A stretch of DNA of 39,922 bases from a virus: positions 1 through 39,922 of the IMG/VR virus record IMGVR_UViG_3300033417_000027. One strand, written 5' to 3'. Below, piece by piece: positions 20,759 to 28,191 of the stretch. The notes below the pieces were generated by a model. That model did not search any database and was not told the origin of the DNA. It saw nothing but the letters and a program-made list of their open reading frames with translations. The number at the start of each line of letters is the position of its first letter. Position 1 is the stretch's first letter. A program made the translations under genes and the position numbers.

Positions 20759-21000
20759 GCCGCGGGCCCCGCCGGCTGCGCAAGCCGGACGTCGCCGTGC
20801 TCGAGGGCGTGCTGATGGCCAGGTCCATGAGCGTCGCCGCCTGCCAGTGCGGTGCGGTCTACGTGCGCCTGCATGACCGCACCGGCGCGATCTTCGCCGC
20901 CGGCTCGGTCGACCGCCGGACCGCGCTCCTTGTCGCCGACGAGCTGTGTGATGCGGCCGCCAACGGCGGCGGCGCCGGCGACGAACCCTGCCACCACTGA
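20755..21000 (+). CDS. Cys-containing hypothetical protein (81 aa)
   Basis: ATGA coupling at the start. Confidence 0.5.
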   Translation: MSRGPRRLRKPDVAVLEGVLMARSMSVAACQCGAVYVRLHDRTGAIFAAGSVDRRTALLVADELCDAAANGGGAGDEPCHH

Positions 21001-21031
21001 GTTTCCTAACCGCAACCCAAAGGAGACACCC

Positions 21032-21469
21032 ATGCGAGTGAACATCTACGCCGAGGAAATGCCCGACGAGCCCCGCGTCGAGATCGTCGAGAAGACGATC
21101 GACGGCCAGACCTTCACCGGCCTGCGCATCTATCTCGAGCTGCCGGTGGCCAGCGGCGGCATGCAGATCAAGGGGCCGTTCATGCACAGCGACGGCGACG
21201 ACGACAGCGCCGCGGTCACCTTTTGGGGCAAGCGAGCCCTGCGGGCCACGTTGCTGGCGGCTTTGCGCACGCTCGACGATCACCATGCCGGCCTGGCCGT
21301 CATCAACCGCCGCGACACCAACGGCGACGCCGAGGGCAAGGGGCCGGACGTGGCAAAGACTGGCTTCCGCCCGATACCGTCTGACAGTGCTGCCGGGCAA
21401 GGCGCGGCGCGGGCGCTTGACCTTCTCGACCGGGTCAGCGCTGAACTCCGGCACACCATCATCCGTTGA
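21032..21469 (+). CDS. Hypothetical protein (145 aa)
   Basis: ATG at 21032 with AAAGGAGA upstream. Confidence 0.6.
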   Translation: MRVNIYAEEMPDEPRVEIVEKTIDGQTFTGLRIYLELPVASGGMQIKGPFMHSDGDDDSAAVTFWGKRALRATLLAALRTLDDHHAGLAVINRRDTNGDAEGKGPDVAKTGFRPIPSDSAAGQGAARALDLLDRVSAELRHTIIR

Positions 21470-21532
21470 CACCAAGCCCCGGCGGACTCACCATCCGCCG
21501 GGCAAGGCTCTCACGCGGCAAGGAGAGACACC

Positions 21533-22807
21533 ATGGCAGCGCACTACGCGATCCGCTATTTCATCTGCAAGCCCCGGGCGACCGGCGACGTCTACCAGTG
21601 GCAGCCGGGCCCGCGCTTCCGCGACCTCGGCTGGAAGGCCGTCGCCCTCAAGGACGCGACTGGGCAGCACTCGCCGTTCCCGGTCGCCGTCTCACAGGCC
21701 CTGTGGCTCAACCGCATCCTGGACGCTTGGGGCCAGCAGGAGCCGCAAGCCCTCAAGGCCCTGCTCGACGCCTGGGCCAAGGACGATCCGCGCGCGCTGG
21801 GCGCGGGCGGCACCGGGCTCGGCCGCTGCCCCTATATCGCCTATCCGGTGCCCGGCATCGAGCGCGCCAGGCTGCCGGCCGATCCGGCCGCGCGCACGCT
21901 CACCGCGCTGCGCGATCTCTATCTCGACAGCGTCGAGTTCAGGGAGCTCGCCCCCAAATCCCGGGTCGACTACCGCTCCAAGCTCGGCAAGCTCTGCGCC
22001 TGGGCCGGCGACGCGCCGGTCAGGACCATCACCCGCCCGCTCGCCAAGGCCTATCATCGCGAGGTCTACGACAAGATCTCCCTGTCGAGCGCCAACGCGC
22101 GGATCCGCGTGCTGCGCCTGCTGATGTCGTTCGCCGTCGAGATCGGCTGGCTCAAGGCCAACCCGCTCCTGAAGCTCAAGCTCAAGTCGACCCGGCCGCG
22201 GGTGCGCATCTGGAGCCCCGAGGAGGTCGACGCCCTCGTCGCCGCCGCCGACCGGCTCGGGGCCTGGTCGATCGGCGACGGCGTCATGCTGGCGCTCGAC
22301 ACCGGCCAGCGCCGGGCCGACCTGGTCGGCCTCAAGCGCGCCCAGCGCCGCGCCGGGCGGATCAGCCTCGCCCAGGCCAAGACCGGCGCGCTGATCGATC
22401 TGGAGGAAACCCCGCGCCTGCGCGCCCGGCTCGACGCCGCCGAGCTGCGCGCCCGCGCCCTGCACGCCGGCCGGCCGGACGTCGACCTGGCGCCGGCCCT
22501 GCTGGTGCGCGAGGACACCGGCCGGGCTTGGGGACCGGATGCCTTCACCGGCCGCTTCGCCGAGATCCGCGCCGCCGCATCGCAAGCCTGCCCGTCGCTC
22601 GGCACGGCCCTGTTCATGGACCTGCGCGACACGGCGGTCACCCGCCTCGCCGAGGCCGGCTGCACCATCCCGCAGATCTGCGCCATCACCGGCCACACGC
22701 TGGAGAGCGCGACCACCATCCTCAAGCACTATCTGAGCTTCACCCAGGCGCTCGCCGACGGCGCGATCGCCAAGCTGGTCGCCTCGATCGACGGGAAGGC
22801 ATCATGA
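21533..22807 (+). CDS. int: Tyrosine recombinase / phage integrase (424 aa)
   Basis: AAGGAGAG RBS. Motifs are LDTGQRRADLVGL, MDLRDTAVTRLAEAG and ITGHTLESATTILKHYL. A TTGACA lies at 21466 upstream. Confidence 0.9.
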   Translation: MAAHYAIRYFICKPRATGDVYQWQPGPRFRDLGWKAVALKDATGQHSPFPVAVSQALWLNRILDAWGQQEPQALKALLDAWAKDDPRALGAGGTGLGRCPYIAYPVPGIERARLPADPAARTLTALRDLYLDSVEFRELAPKSRVDYRSKLGKLCAWAGDAPVRTITRPLAKAYHREVYDKISLSSANARIRVLRLLMSFAVEIGWLKANPLLKLKLKSTRPRVRIWSPEEVDALVAAADRLGAWSIGDGVMLALDTGQRRADLVGLKRAQRRAGRISLAQAKTGALIDLEETPRLRARLDAAELRARALHAGRPDVDLAPALLVREDTGRAWGPDAFTGRFAEIRAAASQACPSLGTALFMDLRDTAVTRLAEAGCTIPQICAITGHTLESATTILKHYLSFTQALADGAIAKLVASIDGKAS

Positions 22808-23106
22808 GCTTCAACGAGTGCTGGCAGTTCCGGGCGAGGCGCGATTTGCACGTCGACTTGTACGACGAGATCGGCTCGCCTCGAGAGGCGAAGCATCTGC
22901 CCGACATCGCCGCTATCGTCCACGGCGCGGCCGTCGTCCGGGCCAAGGCCAGAGGGTTGCGCATCGTCGGTGTAATGATGGTCGACCTCGCGGTTGATAA
23001 GCGTGACCGTGACGTGCTGCTCGAGGCGGACATCACGCTCGAGGTCGACCGCGCCAGCGTGGTCGATGGGGAGAACGAAAAAGCAAAAAGTCTACCGGTA
23101 GACTGA
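22804..23106 (+). CDS. Hypothetical protein (100 aa) between int and attP (moron position)
   Basis: ATGA coupling to int. Visibly lower GC. The last codons lie within the 16-bp palindrome at 23089-23104. Confidence 0.55.
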   Translation: MSFNECWQFRARRDLHVDLYDEIGSPREAKHLPDIAAIVHGAAVVRAKARGLRIVGVMMVDLAVDKRDRDVLLEADITLEVDRASVVDGENEKAKSLPVD

Positions 23107-23122
23107 AAATCGGGTCTACCGG
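23089..23122. promoter_or_regulatory. AGTCTACC motif cluster; candidate integrase arm-type sites
   Basis: Perfect palindrome agtctaccggtagact (23089-23104) plus gtctaccgg (23114-23122). Confidence 0.55.
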
Positions 23123-23192
23123 CCGGCGCTTTGTTCCCCTGATGTTCTCAGCCCCGAAGCCGGAAAGGCCAGCCCGATCAAGGGGTAAGGGC

Positions 23193-23240
23193 TGGTGAGC
23201 GCGGAAGGACTCGAACCTTCGACCGTCTGATTAAAAGTCA
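23193..23240 (-). other. attP core: 3' portion of a tRNA gene (Lys-UUU-like), not a complete tRNA
   Basis: Minus sense reads ACTTTTAATCAGACGGTCGAAGGTTCGAGTCCTTCCGCGCTCACCA, covering the T-arm, 3' acceptor strand and CCA. The upstream sequence cannot pair with the acceptor 3' strand. A hairpin at 23169-23195 follows. Confidence 0.7.
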
Positions 23241-23314
23241 TCAGTCTCTCAATGAAATCAAACACTTAGCGCCACAAAACCCCGCCGATATCGGGCAAAT
23301 CCCGGTGAAAGTCT

Positions 23315-23335
23315 ACCATCGGGTCGAGCCCGATG
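23315..23335 (-). terminator. Gene-end stem-loop after the last late gene, abutting another AGTCTACC copy (23310-23317)
   Basis: ccatcggg-tcgag-cccgatgg, an 8-bp stem 3 nt after the stop at 23339-41. Confidence 0.45.
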
Positions 23336-23338
23336 GCC

Positions 23339-24616
23339 TCACAGGCCGATGCGCAGCCCGACGTGCAGCGCCGCGTGGGCCCGGGTGACCGGCGGCGCGG
23401 CGAAGAACGATGCCCGGTCGGCCGCCTCGCTGGCCGCGAGGTCACCCTGGACGATCAGCCGGGCGACGAAGGCCGCGCTGTCGGCGCCCTCGCCGGCGGC
23501 GAGGTCGCCCTGGACGATCAGCTGGGCGGCGAAGGCCGCCGTGTCGGCCCCCTCCCCGGCCGCAAGGTCGCCGGCGATCGCCACCTGCCCGGCGAAGGCG
23601 GCCGCGTCGGGCGCTTCCGTGGCGGCGAGATCGCCCTCGACCGCGGCCGCGAGGGTCGAGCCGGCGAAGGCGGCACTGTCGCCCGCCTCGGTCGCGGCGA
23701 GGGCGCCGGCGATCGCCACCTGCCCGGCGACGGCCAGGCCGTCGGCCGCCTCGGTCGCGGCGAGGTCGCCGGCGATCGCCACCTGCCCGGCGAAGGCGGC
23801 GCTGTCGGCGTCATCGCCCGTGGCGAGGTCGCCCTGGACGATCAGCTGGGCGGCGAAGGCGGCGGCGTCGCCGGCGGCTTCCGTGGCGGCGAGGTCGCCG
23901 GCGATCGGCACCAGGGTCGAGACATCGAAGGCCGCCGTGTCGGCGCTGTCGGTCGCGGCGAGGTCGCCCTGGACCAGGACGGCGACGGCGACCGCGGCGG
24001 CGTCGGCGGCCTCGGTGGCGGCGAGGTCGCCCGAGATGCTGGTCGGCTTCTGGACCGTGATCCTCGGCGTGACGTTGTTCGTCAGCGTGCCACTAGCAAG
24101 GGTCGCCGTGACCCGGAAATCGATCGTATCTCCGTCGCTGAGCACGGAAGATTTCAGGAGCACGCCGCCCACATGCTCAGTAAAATTGTCCGCCGATAGA
24201 AGATGTTGGCGGGCAAGAAAGTCGAATCCGCCTCGCTCTGCCTGCTTCCCGGCGGCGAACGAGCCACTTCCTGGGTCACTGATGCCGTTGGTGGCCCTGT
24301 TCGTCGTTGGGTTGGTCCCAGGTCCGCTTTCCGTTAGTTGAGATGTTCCCCACTGAACATGAGTGGTGCCGTCCGTCAGTCTGACGAAGGACCCTCCCTC
24401 GTGGCTGTACTCAAGAGAATAATCGTCAGTGCCGGCTCCACCCGCACCACCGGTCTCGTCGATCCTGACACGCAGATGAAGGACGACATCGCCGGACGTG
24501 ACATCGACGGTGATGTTGGTGTCCTGGTTGGCGAGCGGCGATGAGTTGGCCTCATCGCCGTCATCGGCGTAGAACCGGAAGGCGTTGACGGCCGGTGCGA
24601 ATACAGCCTTACCCAT
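23339..24616 (-). CDS. Repeat-containing virion fibre/spike-like protein (425 aa)
   Basis: The N-terminal ~195 aa form a globular, lower-GC domain (FRFYADDGDEANSSPLANQDTNITV...). This is followed by about ten 21-aa repeats, GDLAATEAADxAAFAGQVAIA. Confidence 0.75.
   Translation of the reverse strand: MGKAVFAPAVNAFRFYADDGDEANSSPLANQDTNITVDVTSGDVVLHLRVRIDETGGAGGAGTDDYSLEYSHEGGSFVRLTDGTTHVQWGTSQLTESGPGTNPTTNRATNGISDPGSGSFAAGKQAERGGFDFLARQHLLSADNFTEHVGGVLLKSSVLSDGDTIDFRVTATLASGTLTNNVTPRITVQKPTSISGDLAATEAADAAAVAVAVLVQGDLAATDSADTAAFDVSTLVPIAGDLAATEAAGDAAAFAAQLIVQGDLATGDDADSAAFAGQVAIAGDLAATEAADGLAVAGQVAIAGALAATEAGDSAAFAGSTLAAAVEGDLAATEAPDAAAFAGQVAIAGDLAAGEGADTAAFAAQLIVQGDLAAGEGADSAAFVARLIVQGDLAASEAADRASFFAAPPVTRAHAALHVGLRIGL
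23438..24040. repeat. Tandem array of about ten 63-bp units (63/63/63/72/63/63/66/69/63 spacing)
   Basis: Units start at 23438, 23501, 23564, 23627, 23699, 23762, 23825, 23891, 23960 and 24023. Two unit subtypes are present. Confidence 0.9.
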
Positions 24617-24935
24617 CGCCCAGCCCTTCGCGTCCGGCGCGGCCGATGATCTCGTGGAATGCAGCGGTTGGGATGGTGCGCCCGAAGATCACATGCTTCG
24701 GCCCGCGATAGTTGAACAAGTAATCCCAGAACCCGGCCGTCTCGTGCATGTCCCAGCCGTAACCGTCGGCGCGCCAGCAATAGAAGCCCTCGCGCGTCAG
24801 GAGGCCGTGCATCAGTATCCAGCCCTTGGCGCTGCTCGCGTCCTCCTGCGCGATGACCTGGACATTATCCGCCGGCGCCAGGAACGGATCGCAGCTATAG
24901 GTCGAGCCGTCGCCGTAATAGATCCTGAACCTCAT
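24609..24935 (-). CDS. Hypothetical protein (108 aa)
   Basis: ATGA coupling. Trp/Tyr-rich with ordinary composition. Confidence 0.7.
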   Translation of the reverse strand: MRFRIYYGDGSTYSCDPFLAPADNVQVIAQEDASSAKGWILMHGLLTREGFYCWRADGYGWDMHETAGFWDYLFNYRGPKHVIFGRTIPTAAFHEIIGRAGREGLGDG

Positions 24936-25309
24936 CCGTGGGTGATCGTGCCGGAGTTGATGGTCACGTCCTGGCCCGAGGTGATCGAGGTCGAGTCGAG
25001 CACGATGTCCGCCCCGCCGGTGCCCACCGTCAGCCCGGTGACCACGTCGGTGTTGTCGCTGTCGCGGATGCGCGCCGCCGCCGCCGTGCCGGTGCCCGAC
25101 GCCGCCGCCGTGATCGGCACGCCGGCGAGCGTGATGACGCCGGCGGCCGCGGCGCCGAAGGCCGGGTCGGAGAGCGGGATGGTGACCAGCACGGCGGCCA
25201 TGGCCGCGGTGCCGATCTCGAGCTTGCCGGCGCCGGCGCCGGCGTTGACCGCGTCGTCGACGAGGTCCATGCGGGAATTCTTGAGCGCGGCGGGATAGGT
25301 GACGGCCAT
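24932..25309 (-). CDS. Hypothetical virion-associated protein (125 aa)
   Basis: Translation is MAVTYPAALKNSRMDLVDDAVNAGAGAGKLEIGT... A Gly/Ala/Thr-rich beta-type pattern that I recall seeing in phage tail modules. Confidence 0.65.
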   Translation of the reverse strand: MAVTYPAALKNSRMDLVDDAVNAGAGAGKLEIGTAAMAAVLVTIPLSDPAFGAAAAGVITLAGVPITAAASGTGTAAAARIRDSDNTDVVTGLTVGTGGADIVLDSTSITSGQDVTINSGTITHG

Positions 25310-25337
25310 GGGAGGAGGTCCTTTCTGCGGGGGTTGG

Positions 25338-25604
25338 TCAGGTCATGCCGACGAGGCTGGTGGCGGTGGTGTTGGCGGCGCGCACCCGGACCGCCATCAC
25401 CGGCAGGATGGTGCCGGTCGGCACGGCGACGAAGATCTCCGTGTCGCCCTGCTCGGTCACCACCTCGAGGTTGCCGGCGCCGCCGACATAGATGCCGCGC
25501 GTCACCATGACCAGGTCGGTGGCGTCGTCGGGGGTGATGGCGAATAACCGCCGCGCCGGCGCGCTGATGTCGTTGCGGTCGTGGTAGAAGTTGCGCTCGG
25601 CCAT
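25338..25604 (-). CDS. Small virion protein (88 aa), possibly RcGTA Rcc01079-type spike-base family
   Basis: The pattern ITPDDATDL....RGIYVGGAGNLEVVT..G....F.AVPTGTILPVMAVRVRAANTTATSLVG matches this family from memory only. Confidence 0.6.
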   Translation of the reverse strand: MAERNFYHDRNDISAPARRLFAITPDDATDLVMVTRGIYVGGAGNLEVVTEQGDTEIFVAVPTGTILPVMAVRVRAANTTATSLVGMT

Positions 25605-25616
25605 GGACCGGTCCTT

Positions 25617-25919
25617 TCAGGGTTTCGGGAAGCAGCGGCTGCGCGCGGTCCAGCGGCCCATGCCGATCACCTGGCCTCGGGCGCGGGCGTACTGCCGCCC
25701 GGCCCGCACCATCCAGGTGCGCGCGGTCGAAGCCTGGCCGTCAGCCACCCGGGGCAGCGGGCCGGGATCCTGGACGAGGCTCGCCGGCGGGCGCAGGCAG
25801 GCGGTATCCGAGGGCTGAGTTGAGCAGCCCCAGAGAGCGATCGTCGAACACAGTGCAAGCACCGCCCGCGAGATCGTCCTCGGCCTCCTGGAACGCCTGG
25901 TCGTGCTTTCGTGCGTCAT
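25617..25919 (-). CDS. o-spanin (outer-membrane lipoprotein), overlapped architecture
   Basis: Lipobox-like TIALWG|C followed by a Pro-rich mature region. It starts inside the i-spanin gene in another frame and extends beyond it. Confidence 0.6.
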   Translation of the reverse strand: MTHESTTRRSRRPRTISRAVLALCSTIALWGCSTQPSDTACLRPPASLVQDPGPLPRVADGQASTARTWMVRAGRQYARARGQVIGMGRWTARSRCFPKP

Positions 25920-26106
25920 CGGTCAGCTCCTTGATCAGGGCCGCGTTGTCGGCGGCGTCGGCCTGCATGTCGGCGATCCTGGCCTCGAGGCTCGCCACCC
26001 GGGCGGCCTGGTAGAACTTCTTCTGGGTCTGCATCCCGGCGACGAAGGCGACCGCGCCGAAGCCAAGCACGCCGAGGATCACCCAGGGATTGGCAACGCC
26101 GATCAT
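25741..26106 (-). CDS. i-spanin (121 aa)
   Basis: ATG at 26106 overlaps the endolysin stop (ATGA). N-terminal TM is WVILGVLGFGAVAFVAG, followed by a coiled-coil-like region. Confidence 0.65.
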   Translation of the reverse strand: MIGVANPWVILGVLGFGAVAFVAGMQTQKKFYQAARVASLEARIADMQADAADNAALIKELTDDARKHDQAFQEAEDDLAGGACTVFDDRSLGLLNSALGYRLPAPAGEPRPGSRPAAPGG

Positions 26107-27251
26107 GGCGCGCCTCCCGGTGCCGACGTCTTGCCGGAGCGGTGATCGGCGAGCCGGGCCCGGGCGATCCTGATGCCCTGCCACACGACGACGCCGCCGA
26201 TCGCGGCGAACGCCAGCCAGAGGTAATCGCCGACGACGGCGAGCAGGCTCTGGAACGGCGACAGGGCCTCGGTGACCTGGCCGACCGTCTCGCCCGTCTC
26301 GCTCAGGGCATCGAGCACCCCGGACTTGGCCACGCCCTCGGCGACCGCGCCGCCGGCGACCGCGACGCCGGCGCCCTGCTGCACCGCCGCGCCCGACATG
26401 ATCGACGAGCCCTTCTCCCGCAGCTCGCCCGCCGTGGCCTGCGCCCGCTCCGGGGCGATCTCGCGCGGCTCGGCCGTCATCAGGTTGCTGAGCAGCCGGG
26501 CGTCGATCGCCGTCGACAGGGGCAGGCCGTTGTCGAGCCGGAAGGCCACGATGGCCGACGAGGTCCGCTTGCCGACCCGCCCGTCGACCTCGCCGACCTC
26601 GTGATAGCCGAGCTGGGCGAGGCGCTGCTGCACCTGGCGCACCGTGTCCGGAGACGGCGCACGGCGTGCGTCGGGCGCGGCCGCCTTCGCCGGCGCCGCC
26701 GGCGCCAGCTCGGCGGCCGTCGCGGCGACGGCATGCTTCTGGACCAACGCGCGCAGGAGATCGCCGCAGCCCCGCGCGTCCTGCGGGCCGGCGGCATCGA
26801 AGGCCAGGCGCGCGATGTCCCACTTGCCGCGCTGCTTGATCCCGAGCGTGCCCTGGACTTCCGCGTGGCTCAGCACCGTGCGCGGCCCGACGCGGATGGC
26901 GTAGCGGCGGCAGAGCTCGGCCACCACGCGCGCGAGCACCTGCCACTGGCGCTCGGTCATCGGCGCCGGGCCGGGATCGAACGGCCTTTCCTCGGCCTCG
27001 GCCATGCAGCACAGCGCCACCCCGATGGCGCCGGAATTGCAGCGCAGGGTGTGGGCGGCATAGCCCTTCTTCACCGGCGCCTCGTTGAGCGCGATCGACG
27101 GGATGCCGGGCACGATCGTGCCGTCGCCCTCGACCAGCAGGTGGTAGTGCTTGCGGTCGTAGGCCGTGGCCTTGTGGCCGCCGGCGGTCCAGTGCACGAT
27201 GACGCGCTCCATCTTCGCGTCGGGCAGCCAGTCGGCGTGCAGCATGGTCAT
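26103..27251 (-). CDS. Endolysin: N-acetylmuramoyl-L-alanine amidase plus PG_binding_1 domain plus a C-terminal TM helix (382 aa)
   Basis: Amidase_2 motifs are IVHWTAGG, HYHLLVEGDGTI and AHTLRCNSGAIGVAL. PG-binding motif is VQQRLAQLGYHEVGEVDGRVGKRT. The C-terminal helix is YLWLAFAAIGGVVVWQGI. Confidence 0.85.
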   Translation of the reverse strand: MTMLHADWLPDAKMERVIVHWTAGGHKATAYDRKHYHLLVEGDGTIVPGIPSIALNEAPVKKGYAAHTLRCNSGAIGVALCCMAEAEERPFDPGPAPMTERQWQVLARVVAELCRRYAIRVGPRTVLSHAEVQGTLGIKQRGKWDIARLAFDAAGPQDARGCGDLLRALVQKHAVAATAAELAPAAPAKAAAPDARRAPSPDTVRQVQQRLAQLGYHEVGEVDGRVGKRTSSAIVAFRLDNGLPLSTAIDARLLSNLMTAEPREIAPERAQATAGELREKGSSIMSGAAVQQGAGVAVAGGAVAEGVAKSGVLDALSETGETVGQVTEALSPFQSLLAVVGDYLWLAFAAIGGVVVWQGIRIARARLADHRSGKTSAPGGAP

Positions 27252-27255
27252 GGGA

Positions 27256-27585
27256 TCACCCCTTTCCGCGGCCGGGGTTGTCCAGCCGCTGCTCGATCAG
27301 CTCGCGCACCAGGGCGTCGAGCTTGTCGTTGGTCGCGCGCTGCGCGTCCGTCTGGTCGCGGATCATCGTCTTGACGTCGGCGATCGCGCCGATGAACTCG
27401 GAATTGCGCACGTAGCGCTCGCGCATTTCCCGGGCGACGCCGGCAATCTCGCCGTAGAGCTCCTTGGTGTTGGTGCTGTTGGTCCTGCGCGTCTCGCGCA
27501 CCGCGTTGACCAGCAGCCACAACCCGCCGGTCACCAGCGCCGCGAACAGGCCCAGCAGCCACTTGACGATGTCCTCGGCGCTCAT
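27256..27585 (-). CDS. Holin-like protein (109 aa, one N-terminal TM)
   Basis: ATG at 27585. The TM is IVKWLLGLFAALVTGGLWLLV. Located directly upstream of the endolysin. Confidence 0.5.
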   Translation of the reverse strand: MSAEDIVKWLLGLFAALVTGGLWLLVNAVRETRRTNSTNTKELYGEIAGVAREMRERYVRNSEFIGAIADVKTMIRDQTDAQRATNDKLDALVRELIEQRLDNPGRGKG

Positions 27586-27593
27586 CGCCGCCC

Positions 27594-28181
27594 TCACGCC
27601 CGCGGCCAGTGGCGGGCATGGGCATAGTCGGCCGGGATGCCGTCGGGGGCGTCGCGCAGCGCCTGGGCGGCCTTGAAGAGGCCGTCGACGGCCGCGAACA
27701 CCTGGGCCGCCGCCTCGAGCAGCCCCGCCGGCGCCAGGCTGTAATCGGTGCCGTCGGCGGCGCGGACCATGAACGCCGTCTCGTCGCCCGCCAGCACCCG
27801 GCGCTGCGCCTCGCGGGCGGCGTCGGCGAGCCACTGGCGCGCGGCCCCGTCCATGTCGAGCGCGAAGCGCCGGCCGTCGACGGTGACCGGCCTGGGCTGG
27901 GCCGCCCGCCGGTCGCGCTCGGCGTTGACGGCGGCAGGTCCCGGCGGCACCGGCGGCGGCGACGGCGGCGGCGGCACCGGCGGCGGCGTGAAGGCCTCGA
28001 CCGCGTAGCCCAGCGCCTCCATGCGCGCGTGCTGCAGGCCGGCCGCCCACGGGTGGCTGGCCGGGAAAGGCTGGGTCTTCTCCGTGCCGTCGGCGAGCAC
28101 GTAGACCAGCGCGACCGGCCGGCCGGCGGCGAACTCCTGGCCGGTCGGGCGGCCGTTGAAGGTCAGGCGGTAATGCGTCAT
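27594..28181 (-). CDS. Hypothetical tail-associated protein (195 aa), possibly a fibre-assembly type
   Basis: Has a poly-Pro linker (PPPVPPPPSPPPVPPGP). The C-terminus ...IPADYAHARHWPRA resembles endings of tail fibre assembly proteins. Confidence 0.45.
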   Translation of the reverse strand: MTHYRLTFNGRPTGQEFAAGRPVALVYVLADGTEKTQPFPASHPWAAGLQHARMEALGYAVEAFTPPPVPPPPSPPPVPPGPAAVNAERDRRAAQPRPVTVDGRRFALDMDGAARQWLADAAREAQRRVLAGDETAFMVRAADGTDYSLAPAGLLEAAAQVFAAVDGLFKAAQALRDAPDGIPADYAHARHWPRA

Positions 28182-28191
28182 GGCGCTCTCC

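Noticed and set aside
23193-23275. A complete tRNA gene on the minus strand
   Set aside because: Only the T-arm, 3' acceptor strand, CCA and part of the anticodon arm are present. The sequence where the 5' acceptor strand and D-arm should be (gtggcgctaagtgtttgatttcattgagaga) cannot pair with CGCGCTC. I interpret it as the attP core.
23438-24040. CRISPR array, or a DGR variable/template repeat pair
   Set aside because: These are contiguous in-frame 63-bp coding repeats without unique spacers. There is no reverse transcriptase gene and no adenine-specific mismatch pattern between a TR/VR pair anywhere in the window.
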